Shown here piece by piece: positions 17,485-26,204 of a stretch of DNA of 57,893 nucleotides. Origin of the DNA: Thermodesulfobacteriota bacterium (GTDB lineage: Bacteria > Desulfobacterota > Deferrisomatia > Deferrisomatales > JACRMM01); NCBI GenBank assembly GCA_040756475.1, contig JBFLZB010000007.1, forward strand, positions 1 through 57,893, read 5' to 3'. The notes under the pieces are model-generated. The model was not told the DNA's origin. It worked only from the letters and a program-made list of their open reading frames with translations, and made no database searches. Position 1 is the stretch's first letter. The number at the start of each line of letters is the position of its first letter. A program made the position numbers and the translations under genes.

Positions 17485-19163
17485 CCCGGCCGGGCCTCCC
17501 CGTCCTCCTCGTCCAGCCCCCCCACGCCAAGGCCTGCGAGCCCCCGCCGGGGCTCCTGGCCCTGGCCGGGTACCTGCGTGCCCGGGGGATTGCGGTGGAG
17601 GTGGCGGACCTCAACCTGGAGGTGCAGGAACGACTCCTGTCTGCGTCCTCCCTGGAGGCGGGCGCGGCCCGCCAGGCCGCCGGGGGGGCTGCCGGACCGC
17701 CCCTTTCTTCGGCCCGGCGGGCCGTGCGGCGGGCGCCCGAGGGGCTGGCGGCGCTTCGCCGGGCCGAGACCTATCGGGAGTGGGGTCCCTACCGGGCCGG
17801 GCTGGACGCGGTGGCGGAGGGGTGGCGGGCCCTGTCCCGGGCCCGGGGGGCACGCTGGAGCGTCTCGGACCTGGAGGTGCCGGGGCTCTCCCCCCTTTCT
17901 TCCGCGGACCTCCTGGCCGTGTCCCGGGAGCCGGAGCGCCTGCCCCTCTTCCCCGAGCTGGCAGCCGCCGCCCGCCCCCTGCTGGACGCAGACCCGGCCC
18001 TGATCGGGGTCTCGGCCACCTACCTCTCCCAGCTCCTTCCGGCCTTTGCCCTGGCCGGAGAGCTGCGGCGCCTGGGGTACCGGGGGCGGCTGGTGCTGGG
18101 GGGGGGCTCGGTCACGTCGTGGGGGCCGCGCCTCACACCCGCGTCGCCCGTGTTCCAGGCGTGGGACGGTCTCGTGGCCGGCCCGGGAGAGGCAGCCCTC
18201 GAGCTCCTGGCCCGGGGGGGGCGGCCCGCGCACGCGCCCGGGCTCCTGGCTCCGGGTTTCGGGGCCTGGAGCCCCGCCGGCAGCGCCGGGATCTCCCCGG
18301 TGTGCTTCGCCCCCGATCCCGCGGGCTGGCCCTGGGGCCGCTACCTGGCGCCGGGTCCCCTCCTGCCTCTGGCCGCCTCCCGGGGCTGCTACTGGCGGCG
18401 GTGCGCCTTCTGCCCCGAGGCCGCCCAGGACCGCCAGCCCTTCCGGGCCGGCACTCCGGAAGCCCTGGCCGAGGCGATCCTGCGGGCGCGGGACGCCGTG
18501 GGCGCCACCCGGCTGCACCTCACCGACGACGCCGTGCCCCCGGCGCTCCTGCGCCGCCTGGCTCGGCGCCTGCGGGGGGAGGGGGTGGCGTGGTACGGGT
18601 TTGCCCGGCTGGAGCGCCAGCTCCTGGAGCCCGGCTTCGCCCGGGAGCTCGCCGAGGGGGGGTGCGCCCTGCTCCAGTTGGGGGTGGAGACCGCGTCCCA
18701 GCGGCTCCTGGACCGGATGGGGAAGGGCACCCGGGCGGCCGACGCCGGGTCGGTCCTGAGAAACCTCGCGGAGGCCGGCATCCGCACCTTCGTCTATCTG
18801 CTCTTCGGACTTCCGGGGGAAACGCGGGAGGAGGCCGAGTCCACCGTGGAATGGGCGGCGGACCACGCACCCTGGATCACCTTTGCGAATCTGGCCCTGT
18901 TTCACCTGCCCCGGGGGAGCTCCCTGGAGGCGGGGCTGCCGGACGACGCTCGTGGCTTCGCGGAGACCGACCTCTCCCTCTACCACCCCTCGGGCGGGCC
19001 GGAGCCTTCGGGGGCGCGGGCGGGCCGCCGGCGCCTGCGGGAGCTCGTCGCCGGGGCCCGCCGCCACCCCGACCTGCGCCCGATCCTCGCCCGCACGCCC
19101 TCGGGCTTCACCTCGAATCACGCGGCGTTCGCCCCCCTGCCGGGGCCGGGGGCGGCCCCGTAA
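17481..19163 (+). CDS. B12-binding-domain radical SAM protein
   Basis: GTG-17481 overlaps the MFS stop (GTGA) after AGGAGG. N-terminal Rossmann-like B12 domain (VLLVQPP...LLALAGYLRARG), cluster motif RGCYWRRCAFC, and GLPGET. Confidence 0.8.
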   Translation: MTRPGLPVLLVQPPHAKACEPPPGLLALAGYLRARGIAVEVADLNLEVQERLLSASSLEAGAARQAAGGAAGPPLSSARRAVRRAPEGLAALRRAETYREWGPYRAGLDAVAEGWRALSRARGARWSVSDLEVPGLSPLSSADLLAVSREPERLPLFPELAAAARPLLDADPALIGVSATYLSQLLPAFALAGELRRLGYRGRLVLGGGSVTSWGPRLTPASPVFQAWDGLVAGPGEAALELLARGGRPAHAPGLLAPGFGAWSPAGSAGISPVCFAPDPAGWPWGRYLAPGPLLPLAASRGCYWRRCAFCPEAAQDRQPFRAGTPEALAEAILRARDAVGATRLHLTDDAVPPALLRRLARRLRGEGVAWYGFARLERQLLEPGFARELAEGGCALLQLGVETASQRLLDRMGKGTRAADAGSVLRNLAEAGIRTFVYLLFGLPGETREEAESTVEWAADHAPWITFANLALFHLPRGSSLEAGLPDDARGFAETDLSLYHPSGGPEPSGARAGRRRLRELVAGARRHPDLRPILARTPSGFTSNHAAFAPLPGPGAAP

Positions 19164-19181
19164 GGCGCCGGGCGGGCTGCG

Positions 19182-20195
19182 TCAGACCCGCGACATCGCG
19201 CGGCGCAGCGCCTCCACCTCTGCCATGAGACGGGCAAAGCCTCCCCCGTCCAGGGACTGGGGGCCGTCGCACAGGGCCGTCTTGGGGTCCGGGTGGACCT
19301 CCACCATGATGCCGGCAGCGCCCACCACCAGCGCGGCCTTCGCCATGGGGGTCACCAGGTCCCGGCGCCCCAGGGCGTGGCTCGGGTCCACGATGACGGG
19401 CAGGTGGGTCTCCGCCCGCAGGTAGGGGATCACCGCCAGGTCCAGCGTGTTGCGCAGCGCCCGCTCGAAGGTGCGGATACCCCGCTCGCACAGGATCACC
19501 TGGGGATTGCCCTCCAGGAGGATGTACTCCGCCGCGGCCAGGAACTCCTCCAGGGTCGCGCTCATGCCCCTCTTGAGCAGCACGGGCTTGCCCGCCCTAC
19601 CGGCCTCCTTGAGGAGGTCGAAGTTCTGCATGTTCCGGGCGCCGATCTGGATGCAGTCGGCCACGGCGGCGACCCGCTCGAGCTGGTCGATGCGCATGAC
19701 CTCCGTCACCACGGGCAGGCCCACCGCCCTGCCGGCTTCCGCCAGGATCTCGAGCCCCTCGAACCCCAGGCCCTGGAAGGAGTGGGGGCCGGTGCGGGGC
19801 TTGAAGGCGCCGCCCCGAAGCACCCGTGCGCCCGCGGCCTTCACGGCCTGGGCCGCGGCCAGCATCTGCCCCCGGCTCTCCACGGCGCAGGGGCCCGCGA
19901 TGACCACGGGCTCCTCGCCCCAGCCCACGGGAACCCCGCCGATGGTCACCACCGTGTCCCGGGGCCGGAAGTCCCGGCTCACGAGCTTGTAGGGCTTGGT
20001 GACGTGGATGAACTGGAGCACGCCGGGCAGATCCCGAAACGGAGCCTCGTCCACGTACCCCTGGTTTCCCAGGACGCCGATGGCCACCCGGCTTCCGCCG
20101 GGGATCGGCTGGGGGGTGAGGCCCAGGCTGCGCACCCGCTCCGACACCGCCTCCACCTGCTCGGCAGACGCGCTCTGCTCCATGACGATCAGCAT
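19182..20195 (-). CDS. aroF: 3-deoxy-7-phosphoheptulonate (DAHP) synthase, type I-beta with an N-terminal regulatory domain
   Basis: MLIVMEQSASAEQVEAV... is an ACT/ferredoxin-like domain, then VIAGPCAVES, LRGGAFKPRT, IGARNMQN and DPSH. RBS GGAGGAGGA. Confidence 0.9.
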   Translation of the reverse strand: MLIVMEQSASAEQVEAVSERVRSLGLTPQPIPGGSRVAIGVLGNQGYVDEAPFRDLPGVLQFIHVTKPYKLVSRDFRPRDTVVTIGGVPVGWGEEPVVIAGPCAVESRGQMLAAAQAVKAAGARVLRGGAFKPRTGPHSFQGLGFEGLEILAEAGRAVGLPVVTEVMRIDQLERVAAVADCIQIGARNMQNFDLLKEAGRAGKPVLLKRGMSATLEEFLAAAEYILLEGNPQVILCERGIRTFERALRNTLDLAVIPYLRAETHLPVIVDPSHALGRRDLVTPMAKAALVVGAAGIMVEVHPDPKTALCDGPQSLDGGGFARLMAEVEALRRAMSRV

Positions 20196-20221
20196 GGCAA
20201 TCCTCCTCCACACGCGGCCCG

Positions 20222-20713
20222 CTACTTCGCGGCCAGAACCTCCCCCTCCAGGGGTTCGCAGGCGTCCACCTCCCGGGCCGCGGTGAGCAGCAGGAGGCGG
20301 TCCACCGAGAGGGGCACCGCGGAGTGGTCGTCTCCCGCCGCCGGGTAGACCGTGCGGAACCGCCGGAGCGACCGGTCCACCACGATCCGGAGCCCCGGGG
20401 GCAGGAGGAAGGGGCACACGCCCCCGGGAGCGTAGCCCGTGTGGCGCGCCACCTCGTCGCCGCTGGGGAGCCGGACCTTCCCGGTCAGGCCCGTCGCCTT
20501 CTTGAGCTTGCTGCCGAGCACCTTGTGGTCCCCGCTGGTAACCACCGCAACCGGCACGCCGCCCACGACGAAGAGCACGGTCTTGGCGATCTCTCCGGGG
20601 GAGCACCCCACGGCTCGGGCCGCGGTCTCCGCCGTGGGGGTGGGCTCGGCGAACTGGCGCACCTCGACCCCCCGCTGGGCCAGGTGCGCCTTCACCTCTT
20701 CGATCGTGGGCAT
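20222..20713 (-). CDS. YbaK/EbsC-type aminoacyl-tRNA editing (deacylase) domain protein
   Basis: IAKTVLFVVGG.PVAVVTSGDHKV..KL....G...VRL....EV...TGYAPGGVCPF is a YbaK/ProX signature. Confidence 0.8.
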   Translation of the reverse strand: MPTIEEVKAHLAQRGVEVRQFAEPTPTAETAARAVGCSPGEIAKTVLFVVGGVPVAVVTSGDHKVLGSKLKKATGLTGKVRLPSGDEVARHTGYAPGGVCPFLLPPGLRIVVDRSLRRFRTVYPAAGDDHSAVPLSVDRLLLLTAAREVDACEPLEGEVLAAK

Positions 20714-20954
20714 GGGGCTCTCCTCCGGGCGGCTCCCGCCGGGGCAAGGGCCCCGCGGCCCCGGAACTCTACACGGGGGGAGGCCGGCGCCGCCATGCCC
20801 AAGTGTGCCTCCCCGAACCCCGGGCGCCTTGACAAGACGAGGTCCCCTTCGTTCCAATCGCAGGGTGCGGGGACCAGTTCCTCCGGCTCGGGCCGGGGGC
20901 TGACAGGGAAGGCCGGCGGCCGGCCGGGCAACGGACAGCAAAGGAGCGGCTCCC

Positions 20955-21341
20955 ATGCAGAACACGGTGGTGGTGCATTTCTCCGGGGGAACCCTGCGCA
21001 AGGGCGTCACCAACGACTTCTTTCCCAACAAGGACAAGTTCCACCTGACGGACAAGGACACCGGCGAGGTGCGGGAGGTCTCCCTGACCGGTGTGAAAGC
21101 GGTGTTCTTCGTCAAGGACTACGGCGGCGACCGCACCTACCGCGAGCGCACCGATGTGGAGCGGGCCGGCTTCGGCAAGAGGATCCAGGTCCGCTTCAAG
21201 GATGGGGAGACCCTGATCGGGTACTCCCAGGGATTTGCTCCCAACCGGCCCGGTTTCTTCGTCTTCCCCGCCGACCCCCAGAGCAACAACGACCGCATCT
21301 TCGTCCTCAACGCCGCCACCAAGGAAGTGCGTTACCTCTAG
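20955..21341 (+). CDS. Conserved hypothetical protein built from two tandem homologous halves
   Basis: 128-aa ORF. VVVHFSGGTLRKGVTNDFFPNKDKFHL aligns with IQVRFKDGETLIGYSQGFAPNRPGFFV. RBS AAAGGAG. Confidence 0.6.
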   Translation: MQNTVVVHFSGGTLRKGVTNDFFPNKDKFHLTDKDTGEVREVSLTGVKAVFFVKDYGGDRTYRERTDVERAGFGKRIQVRFKDGETLIGYSQGFAPNRPGFFVFPADPQSNNDRIFVLNAATKEVRYL

Positions 21342-21455
21342 CGAAGGCCGGCCCGGCCGGTTTCTTGACACCTTCGCGCGCCGCCGACTATCCTCGAACA
21401 CTGGATTTACCGGCAAAATTCAATCACCGCACGGGACGGGAGAGAGCCGTTTCCG

Positions 21456-24400
21456 TTGAAACGAGTCCTCGTCATCGCCCTCTTGTTCCTGGTGCCGGTC
21501 GCGGTGTTCTGGGCCCTGAGACTGCCCGCCGTGGATCGGTATCTGACCCGCAAGGCCCCGGCATGGGCCCTGGCCGGGGGCGTGGAGGTGCGGCTAGGGG
21601 AAGCGGACTTCGACCCCTGGGGGCCTTCCCTGCGCCTCTCGGGGCTGGAGGCGCGGTCTGCGGGGGGCGAGTGGGTCTTTCGGGCCGAAAGCCTGGGCGT
21701 GCGCCTGCGCTTCTTCAAGTCCCTCTCGGGAACCCTGCACCTGGAGGCCGAGGCGGTCGCGCCGCACTTCGAAGGGGAGCTGCGGCCCGCGCCCCGCCCC
21801 CCGGGGGAGGCCCGGCCGGAGCCGCGGGGCCTGCCCCCGGTGGTCTTCGAAGCCCTCCGGGTCACGGACGGTGCGGTGGCCCTGGCGTTGCCGGACCTGG
21901 ACCTTCGGCTCGAGCTTCCCCTCGTCGAGGTGGCCTGGGCCGAGAACCGGGGAACCGCCCGGCTCGCCGGAGGCGGCGTCACCTGGCGCGGGGAGAAGGA
22001 GACGCTGGAGCTGCTGGCGTTCGAGGGTCAGCGGCGTTTTGCGGCGGTGCGGGTGGACCGGCTGGAGCTTCGGACCACGCGCCTGAGCCTGGAGGCCTCG
22101 GGGCGCGTGGGACCCTGGCGGCTGCTCGACCTGAAGGCGGCGGCCTCGGTCTCCCTGCGGGAGCTCCCGGGGGCGTGGCTCGATGCGGTGGGCTTGGGGA
22201 AGTTCGCACCCGTGGAGACGGCCGTGGCGGTCGCCGCCACGATCGCAGGCACCACCGAGCGGCCGGAAGCCCGGGGAAGCCTGCGCCTGGAAGCCGGCAG
22301 GTTCGCGCAGGTTCGCGTGGACGGGGCCTCGGCCGCATGGACCGCGGACCGGGGCGGGGTGTCCTTTTCGGCGCTGGAGGCCCGCAGTTCCGCCGTCCGG
22401 GCCGCCGCAGTGGAGGGCCGCCTGGGGTGGGAAGAGGGGATTGCCCTGGAGGCCCGCGGCCAGGCCGAGGACTATGACCTTCGCGCCTTCATGGGGCTCC
22501 TCGTGCCGGGGTGGTTTCCGGTGGGGGTGCATGGGTCGGGCACCTTCGAAGCCAAGGGACCCCTGGCGCCCGAGCTGGCCCTGGAGTGTCGCGTGGACGC
22601 CCGGGCTCGGGACCTGGACGTGACCGTTGGCCCGGCCGGAGGGCGCGAGACGGTCTTTGCCCTTCCTTCCGGCTCGCTCACGTCGAACCTCACGGTGGGG
22701 GCGCGGGAGATCCGGTTCGGAGCCACCCGGGTGGAGTCTCCCTCCGCGGCCGTCGTCATCCCCACGGGGCGCCTCGTCTACGCCGAGGGCCTGTGGCTCG
22801 ATACCGACGTAACGATTCGAGACCTGGAAGTGGTGCGGGCCTATGTGCCGGGGGGGTTTGACGCCCGGGGCCTGGCGGTGGGGAGTTTCGGAGGGTCTTA
22901 CGACGAGCTGGTCTTCTCGTACGACCTGGATTTGGCCTCGGTGAAGCTCTGGGGTGAGGAACTGGGCAGACTCCGGGCAACCACCCGATACGACCTGCGT
23001 GACCTCACTCTGGAGTCTGCGGTCGTGGAGGGGCCCGCGGGCCGACTCGAAGGGTCGGGCACTGTGGGGCTCTACCCGGAGGGCGAGTATGCCCTCGACG
23101 TGGGGGCCGCCATCCCCGAGGTCTCGACCCTCGCGGGCCTCGCCGGGGCCGCCGGCCTCGTTCTCCCCGGGGGGCTGGGGGGCGCTGCGTGGGCGCGGGG
23201 GCGCCTGGGGGGCCCGCTCGCGGGCCCCTGGTTTGCGGGCGAAGCCGGCGCCACGGAGGTCTCGGGAGGGGGACTTCAAGTATCCCGGGTGGAGGCCCGA
23301 GGCCGCGGCTCTGCTGCTTCCTGGACGCTCGAAGCGGGCGAGCTCTGGGCCTACGGTGCGGTGGCGCGCGTTCGGGGAGAAGGGGATCGGGACGCGTTTC
23401 GCCTCGAAGGTGGGGTGTCCGAGGTCCGGCCGGAGGTCCTGGCCGAGGCACTGGGGTGGGAGTCTCCGACCCAGGGCGCCTTCGCAGGGGACGTGCGCGT
23501 CGAGGGGGCGTACGGGTCTCCCACGGTGTCGGTGGCCGGGCGGTTCCCGGAGCTCGTCCTGCTGGGGCGATCCCTGGGGGCGGTGGAAGTGGAAGCCCGC
23601 TACGGGAATGGGGGCGTGGAAGGGGAGGCCCGGGCGTTCGGCACGGGCCTGTCGGTGCGGGCCGAGCTGGGTCTCTCGGAGGACCTTCCCCTGGCGGCAG
23701 ACGCCGTCCTCGCCGCTCTTCCCTGGGGGGCGCTGCCCTCCGAGCTCCTGCCCCAGGGGCTCCGGGGCGAGAGCCTCACGGGCCGGGTCCAGGCCCGGGG
23801 AGCCCTGGGGGGCAGCGAGCCGGCACTGGAGGTCTCCTGGACAGGGGAAGCGGCAGGGGTCTCCTGGCAGGACGTCGCCCTGGAGCGGGTGGTCGTGGGG
23901 GGGCACTACGAGCCGGAGGGCCTGAGCTTTTCCGCCTCGGCCTGGAGCGGGGAGGCGAGCGTCACGGGGCTCGCCTCGTTCCGGGAAGGCACCCCCCTGG
24001 AGCTCGGCGTCACCCTGCGTGACCTGCGGCTGGCCCGCTTCCGCCCGCTGGCCCCCGTGCCGGTGGGCCGCATGACCGCCCAGGGGCGGGCCGTCGCCTC
24101 CCTCGACCGGCTCCGGGCCGCCCAGGGCGCGGCTGCTGCCGTGGGGGCTGTGGACGACCTGGAGCTGGAAGGCACGGTGACCGGTCTGGTGGTGGCGGGG
24201 GGGGTTCTCCTGCCCGAGTGGCGGTTTCGCGCCGAGAGCCCCGGAGGGCGTCCCCGAATCCGGGTGGACTCCCAGGGGGTGATGCTCGAGGCGCAGCTGG
24301 AAGAGCCGGCCCGCCCGGCGTGGCGCGCCCGGGTGGAGCTCGACCGGTTTGCCCCAACGGCGCTGCTTCCCGACGACCATCCCCTGCGGCCCCTGGAAGG

Positions 24401-26204
24401 GCTCCTCACCGCCCGGGCCAGCGCGCGGGGGGAGGGCGGCACGGTGGGGGAGGCGACCGCCTCCGGACGCATCGAAGGCCTGGCGTGGGCGCCGGCGCTT
24501 CCCTCCCTGTGGGAGTGGTCGGCCTCCTGGGACGGCGGCCGGGCAGAGTTCTCGGCACAGGAGGGCCGCGGCGTCGCGCTGCGCGGCGGCTGGGCCCCGG
24601 GAGAGGCCCTCTCGGCCGTGGTGGAGCTGGAGGCGGTGCCCCTGCAGGGGTGGGTGGCCCATTTGGCGATTCCCGAGGACTTCGGGGGGGAGGCCGACGG
24701 CCGGGGCGAGGTGCGCTGGGTTCCCGAAAGCGGGGTGTCGGCTGGGCTGGAGCTCTCCCGGTTGCGCGTGGCGCTGGAGCCGATCGCCCTGGAGGCGCCG
24801 GTTCCCGTGCGGCTTGCGTACGACCGGGGAGACGTGCGAATCGAGAGCCTGCGGCTCGCCGGGAACGGCTTCGGGCTTTCCGCCTCGGGGGAGTTCCGGC
24901 CCGGCGAGGCGTGGGACCTGGACGCCCAGGCAACCCTGGAGCTCGACGTCTTGCGACGCTGGGTGCCCGGGGTACGGCGCAGCTCCGGCACGGCCCGGGC
25001 GGAGCTGGAGTGGCGGGGCCCTTGGGCCTCCCCTCGCCTGGCCGGACCGATCGCGGTGGAGCCCGGTGCGACGCTGGCCCTGGAGGCCTTGGATCTACCC
25101 ATCGAGGATCTGGAGGCGTCGGGCTTTTTCGACGCGGAGAAGGGCTTCGTGATCGAGTGGGTGGACGCCCAGGTGGGGATGGGCCGAGCCCACGTGGAAG
25201 GGGTGGTGGGCATGGAGGGGCTTCGCCCCGGCTCACTGCGGCTGCTGGCCGAGCTGCGAAACATCGCCCCGGAGCGCCCCCCGAGGGTGCACAGCCTCTT
25301 CGATGCCGACCTGCTGCTCACCGGCACGGTGGACCGGCCCGAGATCCGGGGCGACGTCCGGTTGAAGGAGTTTCTCTACGAGCAGCGGGTCAACCTGAAG
25401 ACCCTGATCTTCCAGGCCCTGGAGCGGCGCCCTCGGGAGGTGCGGGGCGTGCCCGAGGCCGGGACGGTCTTCGTGGACGTCTCGGTTCGGGGAGACGACA
25501 ACCTGCGGGTGGAGAACAACCTGGCCGACCTGTCCCTGGCTGTGGACCTTCGCGCCCGCGGATACCTGCCCAGGCCGGTGCTCTGGGGCCGGGTCGAGGT
25601 GCGGGAGGGAACGGCGCGCCTGCGCGCCGTGGAGTACGAGGTCCTTCGCAGCTCCGTGGAGTTCCTCGGCGAGACCCGCCCCGTGCCCGTCCTGGACGTG
25701 CACGTGCGCACCACCGTGCGCCAGTATTCGGTGAGCGTCGACATCTCGGGGCCCCTGGACGACTACCACGTGAACCTCTCGAGCCTGCCCACCCTTCCCC
25801 ACAACGACATCGTGGCGCTCCTCACCCTGGGAACCACGGCCGGGGAAATGCAGGACGCCCAGGCGCTCACCGCCGCCGAGGCCGCAAGCTTCTTCACCGG
25901 CCGGCTCCAGGACGAGCTCGAGACCGAGGTGGGTGAGCTCCTGGGCTTCGACCAGTTCTCCATCGACCCCGCCTACTCTCCGGCCACCCAGACCACCGTG
26001 CCCCGGGTCACCGTGGGCAAGGCGATCACCAGGTCCCTGTTCGCCCGGTACTCCGCCGCCATCGGGGGCGAGACCGAGCAGACCCTGGAGGCCCAGTACT
26101 CCCTCACCCCTCGGGTCTCCCTGCTCGGCACCTGGACCGACCGGGGCGCCCAGGCCCAGGGGTCCCTGGGGGGCGAGATCCGCTGGCGGTTCCCGTTCCG
26201 ATGA
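21456..26204 (+). CDS. tamB: Translocation and assembly module protein TamB (DUF490 family)
   Basis: 1582-aa ORF with TTG start. N-terminal anchor MKRVLVIALLFLVPVAVFWAL, a long beta-rich repetitive body, and a DUF490-like C-terminus ending ...GGEIRWRFPFR. Confidence 0.85.
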   Translation: MKRVLVIALLFLVPVAVFWALRLPAVDRYLTRKAPAWALAGGVEVRLGEADFDPWGPSLRLSGLEARSAGGEWVFRAESLGVRLRFFKSLSGTLHLEAEAVAPHFEGELRPAPRPPGEARPEPRGLPPVVFEALRVTDGAVALALPDLDLRLELPLVEVAWAENRGTARLAGGGVTWRGEKETLELLAFEGQRRFAAVRVDRLELRTTRLSLEASGRVGPWRLLDLKAAASVSLRELPGAWLDAVGLGKFAPVETAVAVAATIAGTTERPEARGSLRLEAGRFAQVRVDGASAAWTADRGGVSFSALEARSSAVRAAAVEGRLGWEEGIALEARGQAEDYDLRAFMGLLVPGWFPVGVHGSGTFEAKGPLAPELALECRVDARARDLDVTVGPAGGRETVFALPSGSLTSNLTVGAREIRFGATRVESPSAAVVIPTGRLVYAEGLWLDTDVTIRDLEVVRAYVPGGFDARGLAVGSFGGSYDELVFSYDLDLASVKLWGEELGRLRATTRYDLRDLTLESAVVEGPAGRLEGSGTVGLYPEGEYALDVGAAIPEVSTLAGLAGAAGLVLPGGLGGAAWARGRLGGPLAGPWFAGEAGATEVSGGGLQVSRVEARGRGSAASWTLEAGELWAYGAVARVRGEGDRDAFRLEGGVSEVRPEVLAEALGWESPTQGAFAGDVRVEGAYGSPTVSVAGRFPELVLLGRSLGAVEVEARYGNGGVEGEARAFGTGLSVRAELGLSEDLPLAADAVLAALPWGALPSELLPQGLRGESLTGRVQARGALGGSEPALEVSWTGEAAGVSWQDVALERVVVGGHYEPEGLSFSASAWSGEASVTGLASFREGTPLELGVTLRDLRLARFRPLAPVPVGRMTAQGRAVASLDRLRAAQGAAAAVGAVDDLELEGTVTGLVVAGGVLLPEWRFRAESPGGRPRIRVDSQGVMLEAQLEEPARPAWRARVELDRFAPTALLPDDHPLRPLEGLLTARASARGEGGTVGEATASGRIEGLAWAPALPSLWEWSASWDGGRAEFSAQEGRGVALRGGWAPGEALSAVVELEAVPLQGWVAHLAIPEDFGGEADGRGEVRWVPESGVSAGLELSRLRVALEPIALEAPVPVRLAYDRGDVRIESLRLAGNGFGLSASGEFRPGEAWDLDAQATLELDVLRRWVPGVRRSSGTARAELEWRGPWASPRLAGPIAVEPGATLALEALDLPIEDLEASGFFDAEKGFVIEWVDAQVGMGRAHVEGVVGMEGLRPGSLRLLAELRNIAPERPPRVHSLFDADLLLTGTVDRPEIRGDVRLKEFLYEQRVNLKTLIFQALERRPREVRGVPEAGTVFVDVSVRGDDNLRVENNLADLSLAVDLRARGYLPRPVLWGRVEVREGTARLRAVEYEVLRSSVEFLGETRPVPVLDVHVRTTVRQYSVSVDISGPLDDYHVNLSSLPTLPHNDIVALLTLGTTAGEMQDAQALTAAEAASFFTGRLQDELETEVGELLGFDQFSIDPAYSPATQTTVPRVTVGKAITRSLFARYSAAIGGETEQTLEAQYSLTPRVSLLGTWTDRGAQAQGSLGGEIRWRFPFR

